The notes under the pieces are model-generated. The model saw nothing but the letters and a program-made list of their open reading frames with translations, did not search any database and was not told the DNA's origin. From Pseudobacteriovorax antillogorgiicola (lineage in GTDB: Bacteria > Bdellovibrionota_B > Oligoflexia > Oligoflexales > RGVZ01): a stretch of DNA of 64,000 nucleotides. Numbering within the stretch: the first letter of the stretch is position 1; each line of letters begins with the position of its first letter. The stretch covers positions 113,644 through 177,643 of the forward strand of contig CAMBEK010000002.1 in the NCBI GenBank assembly GCA_945865565.1, given 5' to 3'. The position numbers were made by a program, and so were the translations under genes. This document shows, piece after piece, positions 27,788 through 36,892 of this stretch.

Positions 27788-30106
27788 TCAGCTTGCTTTC
27801 TGATCTGTCGGAGTGGCGTTGCCCTCGCCTTCCTGATCAACTTCGTTGATAGCCACAATGAAGTTGCCGCGGCGTTTTTTCGAAAGTATCGCAACGCCGA
27901 TTACGTCCGTCTCAATCATGACATATTGTCCAGCCATGTTGACGCGGCAGTTTGTTGACAGGAGATTTGAGATGAGGACTTTTGCATTTTTATCGTATGT
28001 GATTTTACCTTGGGCCAAACGCAGTTGATTTTGCGCCTTTTCGATCAATTTTTTCATGTGGACTTGCTGGCCGATCATCTTTTTTTTCATTTCTTCAAGG
28101 CGTTCTGTCATTTGAGTTTGGGATTTTGCATTGATTTCCTTGAGGCTGTTTTTCGTATCTTCCTGATGCGCCAAGAGTTGCTCCACCCGTTTTCTTCGGA
28201 TGCGTACCGACAGTTCCGCCTTGAAGTCGCCTCCGCAGGCTATTTCGGTTGTGGCGCCGTTTTTGAAACCAAGATTTCCACATTTAAGCATGTCGCGGCA
28301 TGTGAGTGAGCCGCCGGCAACGATCCCTGTGCCTTCGATAGTTTCGATGGACTTTCCGGAGATAATTTCGGAATTGAGGATGGCTTTTTTGGCTTTGATG
28401 TCGCCGGAACACTGGAGTTTGGCGTTTTCGATAAATTCAGCCTGGATCAGTTCCTTTGCGATCACGAATCCCTGTCCACCCATTGAGATGCTGCCCTTTA
28501 CGTCGATTGTAGTTTTGCAGCGAACCTTTGCTCCAAGAATGGATTGTTCCACAATCAGTGGTCCAGTGCATTCAACGATGGCGCCACTGTCAATCGATCC
28601 CTTGATCTCAACCGGGCCGTCAAAGCGAATGTTACCCACCCGCATGTTGACGTCGCCATTAACGACATAGGCCTTGGCGATTGTCAGGTTGTTTCCGTCG
28701 ACTGCCGGAACGCCATCAAATTGTGCAGTGAATCTGCCGCCTTCAATCGTGTCGATGCCTTCGCCGGTTTTTACTTCAAAGGCTTCGTCTGGTAGGGGCG
28801 GAATCACTTCATTGAAAACGTTTTTTCCAGGCTGTCTTGGATTTTTGAATCGGATTTCGGCGATAAGGGCGCCTGTTTTTACGATTGTGCGTTGCTGAAT
28901 CTCGCGCATGTCGACCTTGGAACCCTCGGTGGTTGGATCAAGGCTTAGCGGGCTTTCGCGGTAGGTCAAAAAGAGAAATGGCTCGGTTCCGCCTATTGGT
29001 GCCTTGCCCGTTGCGATCTCGAGTCCTTCCAGGCTTTCTTTTTGTTCGATGCGCTCAAGAGCCTGTTCGTTTTGTTCTATGGATACATTCGGCAGGATCC
29101 CCAACCTGTCAAATTCTGCCTTGAGCCAGCTACGATCTGGTTTGAAGGAATCGTCGTTGTAAATGTCTGGGTTGAATTTAACCAGTTTGGCGTGCATTTT
29201 GTCATCTGTGACATCAATGAACAACTTGCCTTGCCCCGGGTAACCGACGGGACGGGTAATTTCCCCTAGTTTAAATGTCCCGCCAGCAAGAACGATGAGG
29301 GGCACGTCAATTCCCAAAGCCTCAACATTTGTCCGGGCCCGTTGTAGTGCCGTGGTAATTCCTCTGTGCCTGATTGTGTAGTCAGTTCCGCGTGCCCGGG
29401 CGAATTTGTCAATGGCGCTGTGGAGAGCAGCCAGGATCTGTTGATCAGCGTGAGGTTTTCTAATGAACCATGGGTTGTGCACATGCACATAGACTTCCTT
29501 GCGCGTATGATTTGCAACGATGGTGAAATTTGATTTGTCGACCGAGCCCGTGGCGATTTTTTCCACAGTTGGGCGACGCATCAAAGGAACCTGGTCGGTG
29601 CTCTCACCGGCAGATGCCCGCAGTAATGTTGACTCGAGTTGTCCTGGATGCGGCGTTTCTTTGATCCCAACAGAAAGGAGCTTTTCGGTGATGTATGCTT
29701 CAAGCCATTCAGGTTGCCAGGTTGCGATCACAGTTCGGGGTGCTCGGATGGTCAAGTAGGCAATCGTCTTGAGCGGTTCGCTTTCACCTTTCACGGCAGA
29801 TACCGTAATTCCTTCCAGGGCTGGAATGCCTGATCCGGTGATACACGTGATCGCGAAGGTTTCTTCTTCATCCGCCAAATTGCGGAGGGCCTGCCAGGCT
29901 TCCTGCAGGCGGGTTTCGTGAACCAGATATGATTTGATTTCTCCGTTGGCCTTTTTAGCCTCCAGGAGAGCGGCTGTTTTTTTTATCAGTGACGTTGGGA
30001 ATGCGTTTTGAGAAAGACACCATTGCCGGCTAAGCACCACCTCAACTTGATGTGTGGCCTGCTGGTAAAAGAGCTTTGGCGATTTTTTCCACGGCCAAAA
30101 CTGCAA
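27788..30106 (-). CDS. fapA: FapA (DUF342) family flagellar-assembly-associated protein
   Basis: 772 aa. Repetitive beta-helix region (IKGSID..., VKGSIS..., IKAKKA...) followed by a C-terminal coiled coil. TTG start 7 nt after GAGGGAGA. Confidence 0.7.
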   Translation of the reverse strand: MQFWPWKKSPKLFYQQATHQVEVVLSRQWCLSQNAFPTSLIKKTAALLEAKKANGEIKSYLVHETRLQEAWQALRNLADEEETFAITCITGSGIPALEGITVSAVKGESEPLKTIAYLTIRAPRTVIATWQPEWLEAYITEKLLSVGIKETPHPGQLESTLLRASAGESTDQVPLMRRPTVEKIATGSVDKSNFTIVANHTRKEVYVHVHNPWFIRKPHADQQILAALHSAIDKFARARGTDYTIRHRGITTALQRARTNVEALGIDVPLIVLAGGTFKLGEITRPVGYPGQGKLFIDVTDDKMHAKLVKFNPDIYNDDSFKPDRSWLKAEFDRLGILPNVSIEQNEQALERIEQKESLEGLEIATGKAPIGGTEPFLFLTYRESPLSLDPTTEGSKVDMREIQQRTIVKTGALIAEIRFKNPRQPGKNVFNEVIPPLPDEAFEVKTGEGIDTIEGGRFTAQFDGVPAVDGNNLTIAKAYVVNGDVNMRVGNIRFDGPVEIKGSIDSGAIVECTGPLIVEQSILGAKVRCKTTIDVKGSISMGGQGFVIAKELIQAEFIENAKLQCSGDIKAKKAILNSEIISGKSIETIEGTGIVAGGSLTCRDMLKCGNLGFKNGATTEIACGGDFKAELSVRIRRKRVEQLLAHQEDTKNSLKEINAKSQTQMTERLEEMKKKMIGQQVHMKKLIEKAQNQLRLAQGKITYDKNAKVLISNLLSTNCRVNMAGQYVMIETDVIGVAILSKKRRGNFIVAINEVDQEGEGNATPTDQKAS

Positions 30107-30160
30107 GTGACGTCTCCCTCTATTGCGGTCGCGGTGGACCTTTTTTAACTATCTCAAGTT

Positions 30161-30187
30161 GAATCGGCATAATTTGTAAAAAAATTA
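30161..30187 (-). promoter_or_regulatory. Sigma-28 (FliA)-like promoter upstream of fapA
   Basis: The minus strand reads TAATTTTT-N11-GCCGATTC against the consensus TAAAGTTT-N11-GCCGATAA (6/8 plus 6/8, correct spacing). It ends 55 nt before the fapA start. Confidence 0.4.
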
Positions 30188-30287
30188 GGCAGACGCAGGC
30201 TAAGTACCCAATCTGCCACGAACAAAGGTCAAAGATTCGTTGCAGATTTGATGTTTAAGCAGCGGTATTTGAAGGTTTAATGTTGAT

Positions 30288-31367
30288 TTATTGTCCGGAT
30301 GCCGAGGCGTTTTCAGTGACCAGTTGGCCGCATGCCGCGGCAATGTCCTGTCCCTTGCTGTAACGAACCATGACCCTCAGCCCTGACTGATGGAGATGGT
30401 CCCGAAAGGAATCAATGGCGTTCGCCGTTGGACTCGCGAAGCGTGATGGATCGATCTCGTTCAGTGGGATGAGGTTGACCTTTACTTTCAGACCGGCAGT
30501 GATGCGAACGAGCTCTTCGGCATGCCGCATCGAGTCATTGACGCCGCGGATCATCGTGTATTGGATCAGAATTCCATGGTTCAACTGCGTCGGCGCGTCG
30601 CGCAAGAAGTTAAGAACTTCCGCCAATGGCCACCTGCGGTTGATGGGCATGATTTTCGATCGTTCCGCATCGAATGGTGAATGGAGGCTGATTGCAAGGC
30701 GCACATCCGGGTGGCGTTCAACCATTTGTGCGAGACCGTCCAAATGCCCTGCCGTTGAAACCGAGATCCGGCGCAGGGCCAGGCCAGAACCCAGGGGGTC
30801 GGTCATGATCGCGATGGCATCTGCCACGGATTCAACATTGTCGAGGGGCTCACCCATACCCATGAAGACAACGTTGGTGACCCTTTGGAGCCGGGGCAGG
30901 CTCAAAGCGGCAAGCCAGTCGGGATGGTTAGCAATCCATCGATTCGCAGCAATCAGTTGACCGACGATCTCGCCGGCATCCATGTTGCGTAAAAGTCCCA
31001 TCCGGCCGGTGTGACAAAAAGTGCAAGCTTGGCGGCAGCCAACTTGGCTGGACACACATAAGGTAATCCGGCGTCGTTCCGGCATCAGGACGGATTCCAC
31101 CAGAGATCCATCCCGTAGTTCAAATAAAAATTTCACGGAGTGGTCGTAGCGGGAAACCAGGGTTTTGGCTGCGACTGGGAGGGCGATATCCAGATCGCTA
31201 CCCACGCTGGCTCGGATTTTCTGGGGCAGACTGCTTGCGTTCCATGGGTCGTTGACCAGGTCTTTATAAGCCGCCTTGAACAAGGTCGAGGCGTGGACAT
31301 CCGGAAGGCCCGCTTCCCGGCAGCGGTGCTCCAGCTCGTGGCGCGGAATTGAATAAAAGTTTCGCAT
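30288..31367 (-). CDS. rlmN: 23S rRNA/tRNA adenine-C2 methyltransferase, radical SAM
   Basis: Radical SAM cluster motif CRQACTFCHTG. Conserved GMGEPL and SLH blocks. 359 aa. Confidence 0.9.
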   Translation of the reverse strand: MRNFYSIPRHELEHRCREAGLPDVHASTLFKAAYKDLVNDPWNASSLPQKIRASVGSDLDIALPVAAKTLVSRYDHSVKFLFELRDGSLVESVLMPERRRITLCVSSQVGCRQACTFCHTGRMGLLRNMDAGEIVGQLIAANRWIANHPDWLAALSLPRLQRVTNVVFMGMGEPLDNVESVADAIAIMTDPLGSGLALRRISVSTAGHLDGLAQMVERHPDVRLAISLHSPFDAERSKIMPINRRWPLAEVLNFLRDAPTQLNHGILIQYTMIRGVNDSMRHAEELVRITAGLKVKVNLIPLNEIDPSRFASPTANAIDSFRDHLHQSGLRVMVRYSKGQDIAAACGQLVTENASASGQ

Positions 31368-31434
31368 GGATAGGATTAAGGTCTACGATTAAAGCTAAGG
31401 CTGAAAAAACAGCTAACGTGGGTGGAATTAGTGC

Positions 31435-32736
31435 ATGAACCAGCGATTTACAATCGAAAATCTAGGTAAGGCCGGGGTTCCCAGTCCAATTGCAGCGATC
31501 GATCCTGGGCATTTTCTCGACGACAGCGAACGGATCGTAATGGATCCAAGAGCCGTCGAAATCGAACGTTGCCTAAATGGCGGAGTCCTTCCCGAAAGCT
31601 TCGAAGTCGCCGGCTGCCGGAATCCTATTTTTTTTGAACCGGCAAAGGTCACGGCCGCGATCGTTACGTGCGGTGGTCTCTGCCCTGGGTTGAATGCCGT
31701 CGTAAGGTCGATAGTGCTTCAGCTCCATCATCGTTACGGCGTCCGCAAGATCTACGGAATCCGTTATGGCTATCAAGGTCTCGCTAAAAATGTGCAGGAA
31801 CCACCTGTTTTCCTTACCCCCGAGAATGTGGACGGGATCCATCTGCGAGGGGGGTCAATCCTTGGTTCCTCTCGTGGCGCCCCATCGGCGTCGGAGATGC
31901 TTGAATCGCTGAGGGCTCTAGGGGTCGACATGTTGTTCACCATCGGAGGCGATGGGACAATGAAGGGGGCGCTTGCGATCCACGAAGAGATCAAACGGCG
32001 TAAATTGCCTGTCGCGGTCGTTGGAATCCCCAAGACCATTGATAACGACATCCCCTTTGTCAGGCGGTCTTTTGGTTTTGAAACAGCTGTTGATATCGCT
32101 TGTCAGGCCGTCCATGCGGCCCACACCGAAGCCGAGGGTGTTGAAAACGGCATCGGTGTGGTCAAGTTGATGGGGCGGGAAAGTGGTTACATTGCGGCAA
32201 ATGCAGCTTTGGCAACCGGTCAGGTGAATTTTTGTCTGGTTCCGGAGGTGTCGTTTTCGATCGAGGGAAACCATGGGCTTTTCGAGCTCCTTCGAGAGCG
32301 CTTGAAACATAAAAAGCATGCGCTGATCGTGGCTGCAGAGGGGGCCGGTCAGCAATATTTTGCTGCATCTGCTCGTCCCAAGGATGCCTCTGGAAACGTG
32401 AAGATGGGTGACATCGGAATTCTGCTCAAGGAGCGTCTGCCCCTTCTTTTTAAGCAACATTCAATCCCAGTTTCGGTGAAGTATATCGATCCGAGCTATA
32501 TCATCCGGGCCGCAGCAGCCAATCCAGCCGATCAGGTTTTTTGCAACAAGATGGCCCAATATGCCGTTCATGCGGCGATGTCAGGAAAGACGGGCTTGTT
32601 GATAGGTTATTGGCACGGGAGAATGACCCATGTCCCCTTGAGGGATCTTGGTCAGGAAAAGCAAAAGATCAATCCAGACGGTGAGTTATGGCAGAACGTC
32701 CTGGAAACAACGGGTCAGCCGGCTAACATGAGTTAG
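31435..32736 (+). CDS. pfkA: 6-phosphofructokinase (long-form; GGDGT motif suggests ATP-dependent)
   Basis: Motifs GGLCPGLNAV, TIGGDGT and PKTIDNDI. 433 aa. Confidence 0.85.
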   Translation: MNQRFTIENLGKAGVPSPIAAIDPGHFLDDSERIVMDPRAVEIERCLNGGVLPESFEVAGCRNPIFFEPAKVTAAIVTCGGLCPGLNAVVRSIVLQLHHRYGVRKIYGIRYGYQGLAKNVQEPPVFLTPENVDGIHLRGGSILGSSRGAPSASEMLESLRALGVDMLFTIGGDGTMKGALAIHEEIKRRKLPVAVVGIPKTIDNDIPFVRRSFGFETAVDIACQAVHAAHTEAEGVENGIGVVKLMGRESGYIAANAALATGQVNFCLVPEVSFSIEGNHGLFELLRERLKHKKHALIVAAEGAGQQYFAASARPKDASGNVKMGDIGILLKERLPLLFKQHSIPVSVKYIDPSYIIRAAAANPADQVFCNKMAQYAVHAAMSGKTGLLIGYWHGRMTHVPLRDLGQEKQKINPDGELWQNVLETTGQPANMS

Positions 32737-32745
32737 CCTGGTATT

Positions 32746-33270
32746 TTATTTGTCTTTCGACGCTTTGACGGACTCTTTGGTATTTTCTTTTGCGTTTTCC
32801 TTTGCATGCCGCCCGTGACGACGCTCCAGGGAATCAGCCATCACATTTAGGTTTTCAACTAGTTGATGGAGCTCGTCCCTCTCGCGGATCCGGACTCTTT
32901 GGCCATAATTCCCGCGCTTGATTTCTTCCACAAACCTTTCAATTGAAACCAGGGGCCCGTAGTAGCGGTGGGTCAACCGAAAGACGACGGTAAAGAGGAT
33001 GATCAAGTAAGCGGCAAAAAGAACACCAATCCGGATTGCGTTGGTCACAAAGACATCGTTGGTTACCAATGCCCACTGCATATTTTCATCGACGACATTA
33101 AACAAACCCATCACATGTTCGTACTGGTCGCGGAACGCCCGGACAAAAAGAAATCCGCACGCCAGAATGAACGCAACAGACACGCCAAAGACGTAAAGCC
33201 CGAATTTTATTTGCTTGAACGGCTCAATCAGTACCGATTTTTTTTTGCGTCTAGGTCTCAAATCCGACAT
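32746..33270 (-). CDS. Two-TM membrane protein with a stand-alone HAMP domain and no output domain
   Basis: Two TM segments, then a HAMP-like stretch GPLVSIERFVEEIKRGNYGQRVRIRERDELHQLVENLNVMADSL, then a short Lys/Glu tail. Confidence 0.65.
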   Translation of the reverse strand: MSDLRPRRKKKSVLIEPFKQIKFGLYVFGVSVAFILACGFLFVRAFRDQYEHVMGLFNVVDENMQWALVTNDVFVTNAIRIGVLFAAYLIILFTVVFRLTHRYYGPLVSIERFVEEIKRGNYGQRVRIRERDELHQLVENLNVMADSLERRHGRHAKENAKENTKESVKASKDK

Positions 33271-33394
33271 AACGACCCCCAGAAACGGTAAGTCTTCTTC
33301 GGTAGAATAAATTCCAGCTTGAAATTTTCACCTAGGCCAGATAACCAACGGGGTCTGTAATTTCTCAAGATTCCGATGGTTATTGGAGATATTT

Positions 33395-33499
33395 GTGCAC
33401 GGATCAAGGCATCGCCGCAAACACCCAAAAGGTCGTCGTAAGGTTGGTCGTAAGAAGCGTCGCATGATGAAGAAGCGTCGCGCATTGCGTACGGTCTGA
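33395..33499 (+). CDS. 34-codon extremely basic small protein (bS22/Thx-like character), absent from the ORF track
   Basis: GTG start 6 nt after GGAGAT. Translation is (M)HGSRHRRKHPKGRRKVGRKKRRMMKKRRALRTV, with 19 of 34 residues Arg/Lys. A T-rich-tailed hairpin follows about 40 nt downstream. Confidence 0.5.
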   Translation: MHGSRHRRKHPKGRRKVGRKKRRMMKKRRALRTV

Positions 33500-33534
33500 T
33501 CGACCCGTCGTTTTCTGACTTTTAGAATGTAAAA

Positions 33535-33588
33535 GAACCCCCAGACAGGCTTGAACAGCCTGCTCTGGCTGGGTTTCTTTTTATTTTT
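33535..33588 (+). terminator. Rho-independent terminator after the small basic ORF
   Basis: Imperfect long hairpin (GAACCCCCAGACAGGCT / AGCCTGCTCTGGCTGGGTTTC, core 33541-33568) followed by CTTTTTATTTTT. Confidence 0.65.
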
Positions 33589-33717
33589 AACAAATGTTTT
33601 GCAATCCTTCCGCGGGCTTAGTAAGCTTGTTCAAAATTGCCAGTCAATTCGCCTACGAAGGCACTACCAAGGACGGTAGGACCAGAGAAAAACGGTCTGC
33701 ACAGGGAGGATTGTGCG

Positions 33718-34425
33718 ATGCTGGATTTTATTTTTGCATTAGAACGCTTTATTCAGAAATGGCCAGCAACCACTCAGTACTCGATCTATCAGATCGCGGA
33801 ACTGACCAAGACCCAGATTGCCGTCTCTGTGGACGCGCTGGCTGTGGCCTTGAACCGGGAACTGGACGTCCAGGACGTCGTAACTCTGGATGATGCCAAA
33901 AAGGCCCTCATCGATCTTGAAGATCGTATGCAGGTCCAGTTGGCGGCGCGCCGCAAGCGGATTGAGCAGAAGCGTGATCATGCGGTCAACGCCTACGATT
34001 CCACGATGGATAAGGTTCGCGTCCTTCAGATGGACAAGAATTGGCGGAATGCCTACAAGACGCTCGGTTATTTTGCCGGCCGTTACGAGGGGGATCTGCC
34101 GGCCGAGATTCTGATGGCGGTCTACGGGGACTGCATTCGCCTTGGAGTGAAGTCCAGCGTGAATCTCCAGGAGCTTGGAGTTTGGTTTAAAAAAGGTTTG
34201 GATCTCTCGGTCACCAGTCTGTCTCGCGACAGTATTGCTGAAGCCATTGATTTTATCGATGCTTACGGCGACATGCTGGTTCAGAACGGCGCTGCTGGTT
34301 CAGGCCAGCGTCTGGTCAGCTCTGCCTTACAATCCCTTGCCATGCCCGCAACTGAATTTGAACTGGCAGAAGAATGGCGTAGCGTCGCCATCGGGTTCAA
34401 CGTCGGAACGGTGGCTCTGACCTGA
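33718..34425 (+). CDS. Hypothetical all-helical protein (235 aa)
   Basis: ATG 33718 follows GGGAGG. Its stop is 1 nt before the Lon-like gene ATG. No recognisable domain. Confidence 0.6.
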   Translation: MLDFIFALERFIQKWPATTQYSIYQIAELTKTQIAVSVDALAVALNRELDVQDVVTLDDAKKALIDLEDRMQVQLAARRKRIEQKRDHAVNAYDSTMDKVRVLQMDKNWRNAYKTLGYFAGRYEGDLPAEILMAVYGDCIRLGVKSSVNLQELGVWFKKGLDLSVTSLSRDSIAEAIDFIDAYGDMLVQNGAAGSGQRLVSSALQSLAMPATEFELAEEWRSVAIGFNVGTVALT

Positions 34426-34426
34426 T

Positions 34427-36892
34427 ATGGCAATCAGCAGGGTAAAGAAAAAACCAGCCGGCAAGACTCCCTTGCCGTCTGGTTTGTCCCCGGCCCAAGT
34501 CTATGTGACATGTGCCGATGCTTCCTTTAAATTCAACAGCACAAAAACCATTGAATCCAGCCACGAATTTATCGCACAGAGCCGGGCAGTCCGCGCGATC
34601 CAGATGGGGCTTGGAATTCGCAAGCCTGGCTACAACATCTATGTAGCCGGAATCCAAGGCACCGGTAAAACCAGTGTGATCAAAACGTTTCTTGAAAAGT
34701 GGTCTGCGGACGCCGTGCGACCGCGCGACTGGATCTACGTTTACGATTTCGGTCAAACCGAACAGCCGCGGGCCATTAGCATGGGGCCCGGTGAGGGGCG
34801 TCGGATCAAAAAAGCCATGGAGCACCTCGTCAAGTCGCTGCGCACGGATATCACGACGGCTTTGCAGAGTGAAGATTATGAAAACGCAGTGAACGCGTAC
34901 CTCTCGGCCTCCAATGAGCGTAAGTCAAAGCTGTTCAGTGATCTTGAGAAGCGTGCAAAGTCGTTGGATTTTGCCATCAAATCGACACGCATGGGTATCG
35001 AGACGATCCCGATTTTTGAAGGTCGCCCCCTGACTGAAAAAGAATATTCGAAATTGGCTGAAACACAGCGAGATGCAATTGAAGACAGAAGATCCCAACT
35101 TGAACCCGAGGTGCTTGATTTTGCACGAAAGGTTCGTGCCATCGAGCAGGAAACCAAAGATTACGTTGAACGCCTGCGGAATGAGATTGGATCCCAAGTC
35201 GTCACGGGCCAACTTGATCCTGTGCGTCAGGAATTCTCAGACAATGGCGCGGTGATTGAATTTTTGAAGGAAGTTGAAACCGACATCCTGGAAAATATCC
35301 TCGACTTCGTTGAGACGGATGAGCCACAACCTGAACAGCCCCATGAAATGTTCATGCCTCCAGAAGAACGCGACCGCTTCAGGCGCTACAAGGTCAACGT
35401 ATTCGTAGACAATACTGTGGCCAAAGGCGCACCTGTTATCATCGAGACCAATCCGACCTATTACAATCTATTCGGTCGGATTGAAAAAAACGTCGAACAC
35501 GGCATGTATCTCACCGATTTCACAATGATCAAGGCTGGCGCCATTCACAAGGCGAACGGCGGCTATCTGGTACTCAACGCGTTGGATATTTTCAAGCAAG
35601 GATCCATTTGGGAGACTCTGAAACGAGTCCTGAAAAACCGGCTTGGCTACATCGAAGACATGGGGGAGCAGTATTCTCTCCTCCCAACGTCAGGGTTGAG
35701 GCCGGAGCCGATTCCCCTCGACCTGAAGGTCATTTTAATTGGGAACGATGAGATTTACCACCTGCTCTATGACGCCGATGAGGACTTCCATAAAATTTTC
35801 AAGATCAAGGCTGACTTCGATCACAAGATGGAACGCAACGAGGAGAATATCAGCTCGTATGCTTCCTTCATCGCAACCCGGACGAAAATCGAAAGTTTAG
35901 TTCCCTTTGACCGTTCCGCGATCTCGACGATTGTTGAATATGGGTCCCGCCTTGTCGAAGACCAACGATTTCTCTCCACTCAGTTTGGAGAATTGAAAGA
36001 CTTGACGATTGAGTCTGACTTTATCGCCCGTGAGCAGGGCGCGAAGATGGTCGGCCGAAAGCATGTTGAGCAGGCTCTCGATGAGAAATACTTCAGGGTC
36101 AATCTGGTCGAAGAAAATTTATTCACCATGGTGCGCCACGAGGACATTCTGCTGTCCGTTTCCGGTGAGCAGGTTGGGCAGGTCAACGGCCTCGCGGTTT
36201 ATGATATGGGTGACTATACCTTTGGAAAACTTGGGCGAATCACCTGTACGACCACAATCAGTCATGATGGCGTGATCAACATCGAACGGGCCAGCAAGCT
36301 TTCAGGAAAGATTCACGACAAGGGTGTCTTTATTCTGACCGGTTTGCTTAATTCGTTTCTTGGCACGCGTCGTCCGATTGGGTTGGCGGCCAGCATTTGC
36401 TTTGAACAATCGTATGGAACCATTGATGGTGACAGTGCGACACTGGCTGAATTTGTTGCAATTCTCAGCGCACTTTCGGGGGTCCCCGTCCGACAGAATA
36501 TCGCAATGACGGGTAGTCTGAATCAGTTTGGTGAAATTCAGCCAATTGGTGGCGTGAATGAAAAGGTCGAGGGTTTTTGGCAGACCTGCAAGATCATCGG
36601 GCCGGCCAATGGAACCTTTGGGTGCATGATTCCAAAACAAAACGTGCCAAATCTGATGCTAGCCCGGCAGGCCCGTCAAGCGGTTGAAGCAGGAAAACTG
36701 AAAATCATCCCGGTAGGCAGCATTGTTGAGGCATTCCAGGTCGCAACCGGCGTTCCGTTGGGCGTGCCTGACCTTCAGGGAAACAGGGGCGGTCCCTTTT
36801 CTCGCGGTTCTGGTCTTCAGCTTGCCGCCGACCGCCTTGAAAAGTTGCATCGTGAACGGCTGCGGGACCGCGTTAAAACGCGTGACAAATGA
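34427..36892 (+). CDS. Lon-like ATP-dependent protease (AAA+ module with large insertion plus S16 Lon_C domain)
   Basis: Walker A GIQGTGKTS. The Lon Ser-Lys dyad context is intact: IDGDSAT (compare KDGPSAG) and IGGVNEKVEG (compare GGIKEK). 821 aa. Confidence 0.8.
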   Translation: MAISRVKKKPAGKTPLPSGLSPAQVYVTCADASFKFNSTKTIESSHEFIAQSRAVRAIQMGLGIRKPGYNIYVAGIQGTGKTSVIKTFLEKWSADAVRPRDWIYVYDFGQTEQPRAISMGPGEGRRIKKAMEHLVKSLRTDITTALQSEDYENAVNAYLSASNERKSKLFSDLEKRAKSLDFAIKSTRMGIETIPIFEGRPLTEKEYSKLAETQRDAIEDRRSQLEPEVLDFARKVRAIEQETKDYVERLRNEIGSQVVTGQLDPVRQEFSDNGAVIEFLKEVETDILENILDFVETDEPQPEQPHEMFMPPEERDRFRRYKVNVFVDNTVAKGAPVIIETNPTYYNLFGRIEKNVEHGMYLTDFTMIKAGAIHKANGGYLVLNALDIFKQGSIWETLKRVLKNRLGYIEDMGEQYSLLPTSGLRPEPIPLDLKVILIGNDEIYHLLYDADEDFHKIFKIKADFDHKMERNEENISSYASFIATRTKIESLVPFDRSAISTIVEYGSRLVEDQRFLSTQFGELKDLTIESDFIAREQGAKMVGRKHVEQALDEKYFRVNLVEENLFTMVRHEDILLSVSGEQVGQVNGLAVYDMGDYTFGKLGRITCTTTISHDGVINIERASKLSGKIHDKGVFILTGLLNSFLGTRRPIGLAASICFEQSYGTIDGDSATLAEFVAILSALSGVPVRQNIAMTGSLNQFGEIQPIGGVNEKVEGFWQTCKIIGPANGTFGCMIPKQNVPNLMLARQARQAVEAGKLKIIPVGSIVEAFQVATGVPLGVPDLQGNRGGPFSRGSGLQLAADRLEKLHRERLRDRVKTRDK

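Noticed and set aside
33258-33485. Listed 75-aa minus-strand ORF in the 33.3-33.7 kb gap
   Set aside because: It has no RBS, and its 3' end overlaps the start of the HAMP gene. It is antisense to the better-supported small basic ORF, which has an RBS and a terminator. Its composition looks non-coding.
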